From: Leptogorgia sarmentosa
Taxonomy: Eukaryota
Length of the DNA: 64,000 nt
NCBI GenBank assembly: GCA_964658305.1
Contig: OZ210884.1
Coordinates: forward strand, 2,976,001 to 3,040,000
Reading direction: 5' to 3'
The notes beneath the pieces were generated by a model. The model saw nothing but the letters and a program-made list of their open reading frames with translations, was not told where the DNA came from and did not search any database. How positions within the stretch are numbered: position 1 is the stretch's first letter; each line of letters begins with the position of its first letter. Positions 39,901-51,800 of the stretch are shown piece after piece. Made by a program: the position numbers and the translations under genes.

Positions 39901-42563
39901 TATAATTTTAAATTTTATTAGCTTGGAACTTCTTTTTGCAAAAAAACCCCCAAAACAAGCGTACAGGAAAAAATAGGTTCGAATCAGCTTCTTTAGCAAA
40001 AGTTAAGTAATGCGTATTTTCACTTATTATAAAAACTTGTTTGCAAAAAAAGCAACATATTGGTATAATAGCTAATTTGATACAATTGGAGCCATTGCAA
40101 CGCATCTATGTTATTGTGCTGTATGATTACTATATTATATACATGAGATTCCAAAACTGAAATATGCGAAGGAAAGAAAATATAAGGGTACCTCGAAAAT
40201 GATCATGATCATGATAATGACGATGATAAATGGGCCATGATCATGATAATGCATGACGATGTCACGAATACCTTAACCTTAATCAGTTTAACTGTATCAG
40301 GGTTATATACAATAGATTCAAAATTTTTTTTGTCATTTCAGCTGATATAAATGAGTGCTCTCAAAGTCCTGCAAAATGCGGAAATGGTCAAAGTTGTGAG
40401 AATTACCCTGGAACATATCGCTGCTATTGCAACAGTCCAAGAACTTACCTCGTTGATGGAAATTGTAAAGGTAAAATTGGCAATTCCATTTGCTTTTTTT
40501 TTCTATTGTATATTCTACAATCTGTATTAAAACCAATAGTCATAGTGAAACAAGCGTGTTGGATATACACTTGATTTCAATAGTTGCCAGCACAATCCAT
40601 AACCGGGATGTTGTTACATATTTATCAAGTATAACGATCGATACAATTGATGCTTGTTAAAAAAATTAAGGTTAAAGACAAATTAATAATGCTGAACACT
40701 TACTACTTTTCTCCAATTTTTATTTAGATATTATATCGTTCCAAGGTGGATTTGTTGTGATAAATCTAGCGTACATAGCCGCTTACGATAACCGAAATAG
40801 CGCAGAGTTTTTAAGATTTACTGAGGAAGTGGCTTCAACTGTAAGTGTTCCATTTGCCGTAAAAATTTTGTTGTTTGATGGCCGTTTTTGTCGATCGAGC
40901 GGTTCTAAACGTTAAAAGTTTTGACAACGCCACGCAAGATACGACCCTCCACATTTAAAATACTCCAACATCCATTAGTGTATCATTATTTCAGGCAGGA
41001 CATTTCGAATTCTACCCAACAACCGCACCCCTTCCGATTCATTGCAATACGTAGCTATGTAGTTTCATCCCCGGGTTCTCTCCAGTTTGCTTCATTTTCA
41101 TCGATAAAATATTACATAAATAACCTTTGAATAGAATGGATGACTGAGTTGTTTTCTTTGGATTGTCTTTAATTATGACGCACAATTGATTTAATGTTTG
41201 TATGCAGGTGATGCAAATGATATTGAAAACCAAATTTGGTCCCAGCGTGATTGGAGTGAGAGTAATTTCTTTATAGTAAGTTTGGAGATTTAAAATATGA
41301 GGAATTAGAGATTTTGTGGTACAGATTTCTAGTACTAAACTTTCCGTACTCAACCAATATAAGGGTAGTAAACTTCAAGTACTCAACGAGTATAAACCGT
41401 AGCTCTTTTACCCTAACTCTAACCCATTGGCGCCAGCTTTCTAGTTTATAGCTATATATACTGACCTAGCGCACACGACTGAATGCTAGCCGTTTTCCGA
41501 TATAGTTCCTGTGTTACGTCATTGAATTCATCAATCCATTGCATGGCAACACATTGCATTCATTCCAGCGCGAGTTATTCATGAGTTATTCATTCATCTG
41601 AAGCTGTCATTAGTGCAATATCTGACGCAAGCTTCACCTTCGGATTTCAACCATCCTTCTCTTCTCATTTTTGGTCCAGTCGGGTACAGGATCTGTCAAT
41701 CCCGCCGAGTTTGCCGCCATGTTTTCTAGGGGACGGAAATAGCGGCACCCCTTCTATGATTTCTATTATCCATTTATGTATGCCCAATATATTGGGCCTT
41801 CGTCTTGAGAAATCATCACCGATGCATGCACACAGCCGTTTTTTTTACAATTTTTGAATAAGGAACTTCACTAATCACGTTGCAAATTCCGTGCAAGGTG
41901 GTGATATAAAGAACATTCATGTTAAGAGACTTCACCAGACTTTGTTCTCTATTATATAAAATCTTTTAACTGCTACAACTTTACGATTTGTTTTCATTTC
42001 AGCACTGGATCTGTTGGAATCAATTATCTGTTACTATTTAAACCAACAACTGCTGGAATTAACCCAAGTTCTTTAATGTTTGAATTGGAAAAAGTGTTAG
42101 ATAAACAGCCAAATGGAACATACATAGGGGATCTACAATTGTCAAGTGGGACTGGGGAAAATATGCTTTTAATTTCTGGTAAATAATTGTATTGACACCC
42201 AAATCTGAATATCAATGACGTCAAATAGTCCAATATATTGGAACCGGGGCATAGGGAGTTCTTTTGGAAGGTGTGGGAGGGGACGCGAAGGGAGGGTGGG
42301 GCTGTATGAATCCCAGGTGACGCCTCCATAGGGTCATGTCTTTTGTAATCACTTGAAATATTTCGAATTCGGCCTGTTATTATCATGCAATCGGAGTATT
42401 CATTGGGCTTATTTTCATCGCATTACAGATTATGATGAGTGCGAACCGCCACGAAATATTCATATTCTTGATTGTGGCACTAAAGAAGTATGTACCAACG
42501 TTGAATCAACTTACAACTGTAATTGCCTCCAAGGTTACAGAAGAAAAGATGCAATTTGTGGAG
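9834..42563 (+). CDS. Multi-exon gene for a ~3,000-aa extracellular glycoprotein: signal peptide, 2 YWTD-like beta-propellers, ~55 (cb)EGF modules, 2 SEA domains; 3' end not resolved
   Basis: Phase-compatible GT/AG exon chain from ATG 9834 to the EGF exon ending at 42563. EGF exons match the cbEGF consensus D-I/V-N/D-E-C...C-x-N-x4-F/Y-x-C-x-C. Confidence 0.9.
10090..10130. repeat. 10-bp tandem repeat (GATCGCCTAA) x4
   Basis: Directly visible. Confidence 0.8.
10496..12073 (+). CDS. Beta-propeller 1 (degenerate YWTD / LDLR class B-like); exons 10496-10871 and 11694-12073
   Basis: About six ~42-aa blades with YWTD-like cores (AIYYAT, RLIYYD, KVYYLT, SLVFAG, SIYWIN, DFYVMD); phase 1-2 and 2-1 junctions; followed by an EGF as in YWTD-EGF modules. 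Confidence 0.75.
12340..13112 (+). CDS. Two divergent EGF exons (12340-12459, 12993-13112)
   Basis: 120-nt phase 1-1 exons: [17 protein letters not shown]...NNTACE and [17 protein letters not shown]...GESCD. Confidence 0.85.
13182..13370. repeat. Hairpin element; a related half copy lies at ~52905-52962
   Basis: GTGCAATTTGGAAAA..CATGCAC..GTGAGTTTT mirrored by AAAACTCAC..GTGTATG.TTTTCCAAATTGCAC. Confidence 0.65.
13916..18492 (+). repeat. EGF exon-intron tandem array A1: 14 intact 123-nt exons plus one truncated exon
   Basis: Exon starts 13916, 14285, 14516, 14886, 15116, 15483, 15713, 16080, 16450, 16681, 17051, 17282, 17649, 18018, 18390. Consensus [41 protein letters not shown]. Introns are either ~107 or ~245 nt. 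Confidence 0.95.
18390..20472 (+). CDS. Chimeric EGF/propeller exon (18390-18885) and second exon of beta-propeller 2 (20084-20472)
   Basis: Aligns by eye with propeller 1 (YVIYSN, RLWYHE, TIYYVN, SIFLTT, VVYWIL, YFYILD) and has the same phase-2 intron position. Confidence 0.8.
20749..25391 (+). CDS. Nine EGF exons (starts 20749, 22400, 23343, 23718, 24305, 24660, 24864, 25066, 25269); the last seven are of the CKNG type (type B)
   Basis: 117-123-nt phase 1-1 exons with six Cys and canonical splice sites. Confidence 0.9.
20910..21540 (+). repeat. Interspersed repeat, same family as 61340-62025
   Basis: Shared blocks CTATAATC.AA.TCATAAGAAATT, TTTGAGATCAGTTG.GTTTGTTTACTT, GAAATATTTCGCCGA, CCGCCCGCTGCTG.AGCCAATCA.ATTGTAG. 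Confidence 0.8.
25473..25555 (+). pseudogene. Broken type-B EGF exon ([28 protein letters not shown]) joined to type-A intron sequence
   Basis: Acceptor is intact but the 3' third and normal donor are missing; Cys3 TGT>TCT; read-through reaches TAA at 25604-25606. Confidence 0.8.
25600..29537 (+). repeat. EGF exon-intron tandem array A2: 14 intact 123-nt exons
   Basis: Exon starts 25600, 25830, 26195, 26562, 26792, 27156, 27527, 27759, 28126, 28356, 28722, 28954, 29185, 29415; same consensus and same two intron classes as array A1. Confidence 0.95.
29617..30761 (+). CDS. Six type-B EGF exons in ~204-bp tandem units (starts 29617, 29821, 30026, 30232, 30435, 30639)
   Basis: [38 protein letters not shown]; ~80-nt homologous introns. 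Confidence 0.9.
31337..32063 (+). CDS. Four type-C EGF exons (starts 31337, 31536, 31742, 31944)
   Basis: 120-nt exons [32 protein letters not shown]; related to exon 12993-13112. Confidence 0.9.
32145..32224 (+). pseudogene. Truncated type-C EGF exon running into unrelated sequence
   Basis: [18 protein letters not shown], similarity ends at ~32197, in-frame TGA at 32222-32224. Confidence 0.8.
32599..33714 (+). CDS. Three EGF exons (32599-32709, 33167-33289, 33592-33714)
   Basis: Six-Cys cbEGF consensus, phase 1-1 splice sites. Confidence 0.9.
33795..36314. mobile_element. Non-autonomous foldback DNA transposon with ~950-bp inverted arms and TTAA target duplication (Kolobok-like)
   Basis: TTAA|GAGGCCGTCTCC...GGAGACAGCCTC|TTAA; 33795-~34745 is the reverse complement of ~35365-36314; no ORF. 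Confidence 0.85.
36373..36509. mobile_element. PIF/Harbinger-like MITE
   Basis: CTG|GGGTCGGTTTGTATAAA...TTTATACAACAGGCCC|CAG. Confidence 0.6.
37258..39446 (+). CDS. EGF exon (37258-37377) and SEA domain 1 (37686-37801, 38646-38713, 39232-39446)
   Basis: [39 protein letters not shown] matches the SEA N-terminal pattern; phases 1-0, 0-2, 2-1 join in frame. Confidence 0.75.
38216..38454. mobile_element. PIF/Harbinger-like MITE with CTG target duplication
   Basis: CTG|GGGCCGGTTGTTCAAAAG...GCTTTAAACAACGGGCCC|CTG. Confidence 0.75.
40342..42563 (+). CDS. EGF (40342-40470), SEA domain 2 (40728-40840, 41208-41275, 42003-42178), EGF (42429-42563)
   Basis: [32 protein letters not shown]...[19 protein letters not shown]; same three-exon phase pattern and 68-nt middle exon as SEA 1. 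Confidence 0.8.
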
Positions 42564-43861
42564 GTAAGTTTGTGTGGAAAATTGTGGAAAAAGAAATTTA
42601 ACAGGTCCACCTTTTAAAATGAGTTATTAATAGGTTGCAAAGGTGCAATTTTAATAACTGCGGCTAATTTGTCTAGCATTAGGTCCAAATTTGCTCTGTT
42701 GCCACGGGCTAATATGGCTACCAACTGCCTAAAACGACCGTATTATTATAGTTTCCATCATCCCTGATTTAAGGCCAAAAAGGCCCTAAAAGGGGAGAAA
42801 AGTTGAGCACTCTTTGAAGAGTCCGAATTGGACCTATTTTCAATGTACCTTTTTGGGGTCAAAATTTTGACCCCATTTTTGCACCAATTAACTGTTTTCC
42901 GAATTATTTCTTCACCCGCACCGGCAACTGTAACTTAACTGTGTTATTGTTAACTAAGGCTGGAAGGGGGAGAGTTTTAACAATGCAACTTCAAAAAGAC
43001 TTTATATGCAATTGATAATTAGTACCTTTGCTACAAGCCAATGATACCCGAGTTCTTTTCGAAATGCCAATTTTGTTTGTTGTTTTTGGTATAAAGGTGC
43101 ATGTTGACTTGCGAGATCCACTAAAAACCTCATATTTATTATAGTATTAACGATCCAGTGTTTTTCTTAATTTGAGATACATTTCCTTGTGCAAGAAAAT
43201 ATCATTATTTATTTTAATAATTTTTCGTATTTCAAGGATATTTCTTGAAGCAAAGAATAATATTCTTGTTATGCGTAAACAAACTAGCCTACGTTTAAAT
43301 TATAGTTTTCAGGCCAACCAACATTGAACAAAATGCAAATGAAAACGGTCCAATTTGGACCTCATTTTGTTTATTTTAACGTTGGACAAAAATGTTGACT
43401 AATGCTAAAGCTGTTGTATCCTGGTCCTTCAATTTCATGTGCGGACTAGCTACATGAATGAATCAAACTGATTCGAATTTCCGACAAAGTGAAGAGGCAC
43501 AGTTAATAAAGGGATGTTTCGTTCGTTTGGACTAGTCTCGAAAGTGTGTAACTTGAATGAAAAATCACAAAAGATAGTTCGGGCTGATTTGCATTTCTAT
43601 TATCCAGTATAAGTTTTACGCAGAGATTTTAAATCTGGCGGAACGCGTCCGTCGGATCATACATTATCGTTTTTTATTAAAATTTGGCGCTCCAGTCTTT
43701 TAAATGCACTGACGGAAATATCATGAATAAATTTCGAAATGGAGGACGAAATGAAGGTGAGAATTAAACTATTTAGACTATCTAAGCGTTTCATTTATTT
43801 CTGATGTAAAACGAAAAGATAGTCGCTTCTATATCGTTTATTGTTTTTTTTTTAAACTAAA

Positions 43862-44113
43862 AACGGCGTCCAAAAAAAAACCAGAACCAGCATTTATTAT
43901 GCATTCAATGAACTTTTTTTGCCAATAATCTAACTATTATTCACATATATTTTAGTTTGACGAACTTGATATGTGCCTCTGGGGTTTCATATTTTGTGTA
44001 CACCACATTTAAAATCAAAACACGATAAAAAGTGCGTGTCGCTAGAAAACGAGTTTGTTTTTTACGAATAGATAATAATTTATTGGTTTCTGGTTTTCTT
44101 TGGAACACCCTCT
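43862..44113. mobile_element. Degraded Tc1/mariner-like MITE
   Basis: GGCGTCCAAAAAAAAACCAGAACCA at the left mirrored by TGGTTTCTGGTTTTCTTTGGAACACCCTCTA at the right. Confidence 0.5.
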
Positions 44114-44203
44114 AGTTTAGAATTATGATTAGCATTGTGATATTGTTGACATGAAACTGTAGAAATGAGAATAAATTTAGAATTAAAATTGATTCATTTT
44201 TAG

Positions 44204-44250
44204 GCAAACAGACGGCAAGAAGCGAGCAACAAGAGATGAACAACAGATGA
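44204..44250 (+). CDS. Possible short terminal exon of the EGF gene (GKQTARSEQQEMNNR* if phase 1)
   Basis: Good acceptor (TTCATTTTTAG) followed by purine-rich sequence; no homology support. Confidence 0.25.
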
Positions 44251-45895
44251 AAATGGATAGTTAATATTTATTGTTGCTACAACGAATTATTCATATTTTG
44301 TAATATATCGCCATACTAGGATTTTTTTTGTTTCAGGAGTTAACGAACTGATAGCAGGTAGAGGCTGACTGAGTGCAGGACAAAATGAACTGCGAAGAAC
44401 GTCCTTTGATGACTTGAAAAATGGAGAAATTATGACTATTAATCGATCGATATTTTTTTGTGATCACTCGTCTGTAATATATAAGCGTGATTAAGCAACC
44501 TATAGTTTTCTTTCCAGCGCATAAACTTGATGAGAAATGAAGACTACGGCCGCTGACAAAGTGCGTACAAAGTTGACAGAAAACAGGCATAGGCAGATGA
44601 AAAATAAGTGTTTTCAAATAATTTTCGTATTCCCAAATTATTTTGTTTGAAATACCAATACGTAGTAAATAATTGCCAGAAATCCCTGATGTGGTAGCCC
44701 TCACCTTTTTGGGTAAATTAACTATGCAAGTGAATATGGAACCTCGAAAGGCAATACAATTTACATGGCAAAGACGTTTAAAAGTTAGGTTTTCCCACCA
44801 CTTAACCAAGTAATTAAGATTGTTTGGTTATCTCTTACTGGTAGAAAAATTATTATTGGATCACTTGATATTCTATTCATCGCAATACATCGTGATTGTT
44901 TTTAAATGTGTTTTTCACGATTTTTTATTCCAGATGCACTTCAGTAAAAAAAGTTGAAGGTACTTTCTTCAGCTATTACACTGGATCTGTGTTGTTTCGT
45001 TGGCCAAGTTCAAGAGACAGGTTTGTCATATGTTGGGTGATTGAGGAAGTTTTCAGCAGAATAGTGCTAAATCAATTGAAATTAGGAATAAGAAATCAAT
45101 TCTGAATGACTAATCTAGCTATATATTTTGAAATTTGAAAATCATAATACGCATTAATTTTTAGGAAAATTTAAAAACTCGAAATTTTACGTGAGGGAAG
45201 GTTGAACACTTTTTGCAACTCCGCCTTTCCAGGTAGCTGTTTACCTCCAATTTTCATTAACTATGCGAATTCTCCTATCTAAACTGCTGTGCACGTGCAG
45301 TATAGATTGGTCAATGCAGTTAGCTAAATTGTAGAAAATTATCTATCATTCGCTGTTTTATACGTGCGTTCATCACGCTGAATTCTTGGCAGATCTACGG
45401 CCAAGAACGAGTTGCTTTCTCTTTTACTAACAGCTTCAACAATGTGAAATTTCTGTTTCACAAAAATAATATGTATTAGGAGTGCAAGCTATAAATTTTA
45501 TAACATGGTTTTCCTTTTCAGACGGTAGAGTCCACATATTTCAGATGTGTTCTAAATGTTACGATTAGAACTATGTTCGTTTCTCTTGTTTTCTGTTAAA
45601 TATGTGGTATTACCATTTTTGGAGTATACAGGAAATGAAGGTAAGAGCTTCTGACGGTTAAATTTTCAACTTTTAAAAGAAATTTCAAAAGCCACCAATA
45701 ATAGAAAAATTTCCATATGTAGGGATTCTCATTCTTAGTACGTGCCCCTTAATATATGTGAAAAAAATCCATCACAGTTTCAATTCTATTTATAATGTAT
45801 GATTTTATTTGTAGAAGTAATTATTCAGTAAAATTTATTCAAGCACTTTTTCAGCACATCGCCTTTCTAAGTAATGTAAAACAAGTAAATTATGT

Positions 45896-48800
45896 TTATG
45901 ACTGGACAATGAATTTTTTCTGCTCGTTGTCCACGTCAGGAGGGAAATAGTCCAATTCAATACTTTCAACTTTTGGACATCCTCTCGGGCTTTCGTCGAA
46001 GGACTCGTATACCTACAGTTGAAATGGAATATAAATAAAAATGATAAATCTGTTCTTTTGGTCTACTCAGTTCCACAATAATACCTATAAGAACTTCACA
46101 TTTCATCGGCAAATGACTTCGTAAAATAACACGTAATACACGATATAAATTATATGCTCTGATTGATCGAAACCCGTGTTTGGTCAAGCCATTTAAACGA
46201 AAAACCGTTAATCAGAAATCTTCATTTGCAAAAAAATATTGCTTTTTTGCAGTCACGAACAAATTTCATCAATTTGATTTGTAACGTTTGGCGATTATAA
46301 TACAGGGAAGTTATATTAGCTAAGTTATTTTCTCATTCAAGCTGCAAGCTCGTTACAATTTTTTTGCCAATTTTCGTCGTGGACAACAGGACATTTTGTT
46401 ATTCAGCTAGCTTTCTATGAAAATTGTTTTCGGAAATATTATGAAAGATAAAATCAAAACACATTCGATGGCCAAGTTACCCAGTACAAGATTTCAAATT
46501 ATTCTATCGGCAAGAACAATAGCTACCTGCTGCACTCGTTTCAAACCAAGAATTTCCGAAAATGTTTCATTTAAAGTGGAAAAATTTGGCCGTTCTTCGG
46601 GATTTTTTGCCCAACATGTTGACATAATGTTGCATCTGCAAACACATGAAAAATACTATTAGCTACTAAACACAATAATAGAAGACAAATAAAACATTGA
46701 TCTTAATGGAGAGCAGGGATATCTAATGGAGATTTACATTAGCTAATTAGTGCATTTGATTTCTCTTGAACTATCAAATACAAGATAACCGGAAATTTTA
46801 AACATATAGTAAATAGTCAACTCCAATTATTAAACGGGATACAGTAAATACTATAACATTCTTTTAAAAGGAGCTGCTTCAAAAAATCGTGCTTGCTCAA
46901 AATCTTTGATATGAAATATCCTTAATGAATAAATTGTTTTGAATGAAATTCTGTGCACAATGCAAGGCCGCCGCTAGAACGTTAATTGGGTGAGTGTGGA
47001 GGGGAGGGTGGTCGGAGGGGGGGGGGGGGTGGATATTCATATATTGGCGTTCTGGCGACTGATTTCTTTCATTCAGAAACTACTGATTTCAAAGGAAAAA
47101 TAGTCGGCAGGACGCCAAAATATGAATATGCATCCCCACCCATTTAACGTTCTAGCGCCAGCCCAGCTGGCACAATTGCATAGTGCTAATAACAGAATTC
47201 CTGCATTTTAATGATTTTATCGTTTCATTCAAGGTCTGACAATGGCTCACATGGTCACACTCAATTTCAACAGACTTTTATTGAAGGGTCTGATACTTTG
47301 TTGCAATATTGGAAAGTTCATTCTAGGAAAGTGTGAAATTTGTTTGAAAACAAGGTTGAAAACAAAGTCTGCGAATGGTTGCAAAAAAATTGTCAATAGA
47401 ATGCTTGTTGAACGTCTTTGTAAATTTTATCGTGAGCGTCTAAACTTTGGATCGAATTTGAAACGAGGTTTGCACATTTTGTTAAAAAGTGATTTGAAAT
47501 GAACTGTCATTTTGTCTCAACTTACATTTCCTGAGGACAATGAACGGGAGGATCCATTCGTATTCCTTCCATTAGTGACTCGAGTACTTCATTAACAGAC
47601 ATTCCTGGGTATGGATTTCCTCCTAAAAATACCAGCTTCTCTTTTTAAACGTGGTGTAGAAAATATATAATATTATTGAAAAGACCAAGGGAAGAAACTA
47701 GGTGTCAACAATAAGTTTAATAAACGTGTGCAATGTATCTGCCAATTAGACTATTTCAATTAATACTGTAAACGGAAGAGAACACTTTCAAGCCACATCT
47801 ATGACAATCACAACTTTATACGCGTTTGCCCCGTGATGAGAACTCGATTCAGAAAATACATCTTAGTATATAGATTTAGTATACAAATTTTAGTTTTTGT
47901 AGCAGTACATTCACTATTTGAAACAGAATTTTTTTACGAATGTGGTAAACTAGTAACCGTGTTCAAACTGGTCTAGTTTTTATTTTATTAATATTATTTT
48001 TTTACAAGATATTTGTAGGTTTTCAAAGTGTATGCGGTAACGTCCATAATACCATAATTATTTTGATTGGGTGCTATAGCCCAGTTCGGGTGGAATGATT
48101 TTTACCCTAAATCAGCATTGATTCATTGCATCGCGTAACTATAAGGAACAGCTGGAAGAACAAAAGAGATTTTGAAATACTGACCTAATGTAAAAAGTTC
48201 CCAAAGCAAAATACCAAATGACCAGCTATACAAATTTAGACATTAAATATCCATTAAATAAAGTAACTCATTTTATAGAACATTAACAAAATTTAATACC
48301 GTTAAAAAAGTGATCTTAATGCCTTTCATTTTTAGACACACAAATGAATCACGATAATTAAATAATAAAAATAATAATTCGGTTCTCGTGCGATATGAGC
48401 AAACAAAAAAAAAACTGTCTATAAATCAATTTACTTACACATCTGACTTTTCAGTATATATGGAATCCATGATTGATTCAAGGGCCATCCATTTGAATGG
48501 AACCATTCCCTAATAAACGGTAACGTAGCTACGTTTTAGTCACTGCATGAGTAAGCAATAATTGTTGAAACATTTACAACAGCCAACCAATTTGTGTCAA
48601 TATGGTTCATTGATCTGTAGGGCCAGTGGCTTAAGGCAGGCAGTGGAATCGACCGGACAGCATTCCACTTTAAATCAGTTTTGTTAAATCAGCCGTTGGT
48701 TTAACTCGCCTTACGCTGAGTTTTTTTAAGGGAAATGACTTTGATGTTTCTTGTGTCATATATGTATCCTTTTTTTTACAGTTTGTGAGCATCTGACAAG

Positions 48801-51800
48801 TACCCTTATTATAATTTTGAAAACAACCTTTATTCAGGGCATAGGGTTAACTCGCTTTTCACCATGCGATCAGTCGTTAATTGGCGGGATATTTACAGGG
48901 TGAGGCAGCAATTTTCTCCGGCCCCCCTACTAAGGGGGGCTTCCATATAAAAAGAGAATTGAAGTAATTTATGAAGTAATATCATAAATCCGTCATATCC
49001 CTCACAGAGTGCGATACTATCCATTATCCCCCCCGCCCACGCTATGTAATACTACAACATAGAATCTGGAGGGACTCGGTGTTAAATTCCGTCGGGGATC
49101 CAAAATTTCTCTCGGCGGCCGTGCAGTCAAGTGTCAACTTACGGATGACTTTCGTAAATATTCTTGGTATTTGTGAACATCTCTGGCCAAACCGAAGTCT
49201 CCTACTTTTGCGACATACGCCTCTCCAATCAAAATATTTCGTGCAGCCAGATCTCGGTGAATCACCTGCGACGCAGCAGAAAGGAAAGATAATTAGCTTA
49301 GCTATAATCAGCGAAGAGTACGTAAATTTTACGTTCAAGGTGAAATTGAATACAAAAAAACGTAAGGGAAAAAATTACCTTCCGTGAAACCAAGAATTTC
49401 AGTCCTTTTACAATCTGGAAACCAAAATGTATTACGTTTTTTGGACCAAATGCTTGGGACAGGTCTGTAATAAAACCATCGTCTTCCACGTTGTACCGAC
49501 TACGACTATTTCGTAAGAATTCTCGAATATTTCCATGTGGGCAGTATTCCAATATAATATAAAGATCTGAAGTTTTTCCTACAGATATTCAACAAAATAG
49601 ACAAATCAACAAAATTAATCTATATTTACCTATAGGCCTGTAATAAATTTCACCATCAATTGAATCGGTATAGCATTATTGTAGTATAGTACTATTCCGA
49701 ATTTGATTGCTTTTTACTCACAATCTATTCTTCGATCATTTTACTCTCTCACTTTATACAGTAAGATGTCGTCAATTAGCCATAAATGATAAATCAATGT
49801 ATCCTTGTATGCTTAGAATGGTTGACTTGCATAGTGAATTTATTCAAAACGCGAGGCCAAACATGTCATAAATTGCTTTTAATGTCTCGGATTGCTAAAC
49901 GGTTACTAGTACTCGTTGTCGATTTCCGCGAATATGAGTTAATGGTTTATTTTGGCTTCGCTATATCCACAGTCACCTTGTAAAAATGTCATTCTGGCAA
50001 TCTAATTGTTAAATATTTACCGTTGTTGAGTATAATTATTAGCTATTTATAATGCAGACAATGCCGAAATGCTCGCCCCAATGTTAGCTACCTGAAAGTA
50101 TTTGAAACCGAGTCCAGGGGCCGCGGAAGCACCTCAAAAGTCGTGGGGGGGGGCGGGGGCAGAATCCAAAAAGGGCACAGATGAAAAAGGGCACATTTAT
50201 CCTTTGTACGTGCAATTTCCTTTCAAAAAAAGGGCACATTTACCCTTTGTACAAAAAGTGGGGGGGGGGGGCAATTGCCCCCAATGCCCTCCGGTTCCGT
50301 GGCCCCTGAAACGGACCTTACCTTTTGTACAAGCACCAAGTATATTAACAATGTTCTCGTTTTCACCAACGTGAATTAAAATTTTCAGCTCAGATTGCAA
50401 ATCCGCAAGATCGTTTTGTCCATAGTTGCCTGCGATAGAAACATAATTTCATTATTGTTGCTATCATTTCTTCTGTATTCATAATCAGATATAAAAAAAT
50501 GATCTAATGAAGATTTATATTTTTAGCATTAATGAAGGTGCAGGCTTACTTCGCTTTCAGTGGTTTCCGTTTACGATTAGGATAGTCGCAAGGATCATTT
50601 ATGACAAGTACTTTAAACTGATAGTGCAAAGCAAGCCGCACACGAGAACTTTCCGCGAAGCTGACTGCCACGCGAGGTCGTAGCTTAGCTCTGGCTTCGC
50701 TGGAAGCTTTCGTGTGCGTGTAGCTTTTGCTGAGGAATACGCCTCGTGAGGCCGTGAGGAGAAAATCTATCGTGAGATATTGTTCACACAGCTAAGCTGC
50801 GACCTCCCTTGTCGGTTGCATAGTTCAGCCGACTGCTCTCGTGTGAGCGGACTTAAGGCCCGTTCACACGAGCGAATTTGCTGCGATCTCTTGTGCGATT
50901 TCTCCATTTGACGGATGCGAACGAGTAAAACAGTCACTAATGTTCAAATGAGGAGGCGAGCATTCAGCACATTCGTTATTAATCCACCCGTTTACAACCA
51001 TCAAAGGGAGAAAATCGCAGCAAAAAATCGCTCGTGTGAACGGATCTTTAAAGTCTACAGTTTGCGGATTACAATAACAACCATAACTTTAAGTTAGCTG
51101 TATAATCCTAGTCAAACCTTTAATTGTTTTCACTGCCACTTTTGTGACTTTGCTGCAATATACGTGGCCGTTCTTGTTTGTTATTCGATCAAATAATGAG
51201 AAAAATCTTCTTCTTTTTTTTAATAAGTCTCTTGGACGAAATGCAGATATACCAATTCCCTCTGCTAACCATACCATTCCAAACTGGCCAGATCCAATTT
51301 CACTGACTGAAAGATATTTTGTTCAAATTATGAGAAGAGTTTTATACAGCGGAAATTCAGGGGATCACATAATAGCGAATGGTTGCTTGACATTTTAGCT
51401 CATGGTTTTTACTATTTTTTGCCCTGTGCTTTTCTTTACCCAGGTGTAAAAAGCTGAGCGTTATTAGTACCCGTCTCCCAATTAGCGTACACCTGCACAG
51501 TGTCTCGGGGATTTTGGAGAAATTTCGACTGTTTTTAGAAAACGAGAAGTAAAGATCATTAGCAAGAATGCCTTCTGGTTTAATTTGGGTCGCGAAGCCA
51601 AAATCTTGCTAGGTACTGTACTTCCTAATTAACAATGTTTTGCACAAGTGTAACCTTGGCAAAAATCATGGAGATGACTATACGTCTAACATCTATTACT
51701 GTTTAGTAGAATCATACTCGTATACTATTGCAAATGCTGCAATGTGATTGGCTACTCTACTCGATATCTATTCCTCAATAGATAGCGAGTAGCAAAACAT

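Noticed and set aside
9834..42563. Naming the gene fibrillin, LRP or uromodulin, or naming the RTK FGFR/VEGFR
   Set aside because: No TB, LDLa or ZP domains were seen, and RTK orthology needs a phylogeny; gene symbols left blank
44333..44809. 158-aa minus-strand ORF
   Set aside because: No recognisable motif or splice context; it lies in the presumed 3' UTR or intergenic gap
45556..45640. ATG-initiated hydrophobic stretch with a good donor (GAAG|GTAAGA), as a signal-peptide or TM exon
   Set aside because: The hydrophobic run is interrupted by charged residues, reading from the acceptor at 45521 in phase 1 hits a stop, and no downstream partner exon was found
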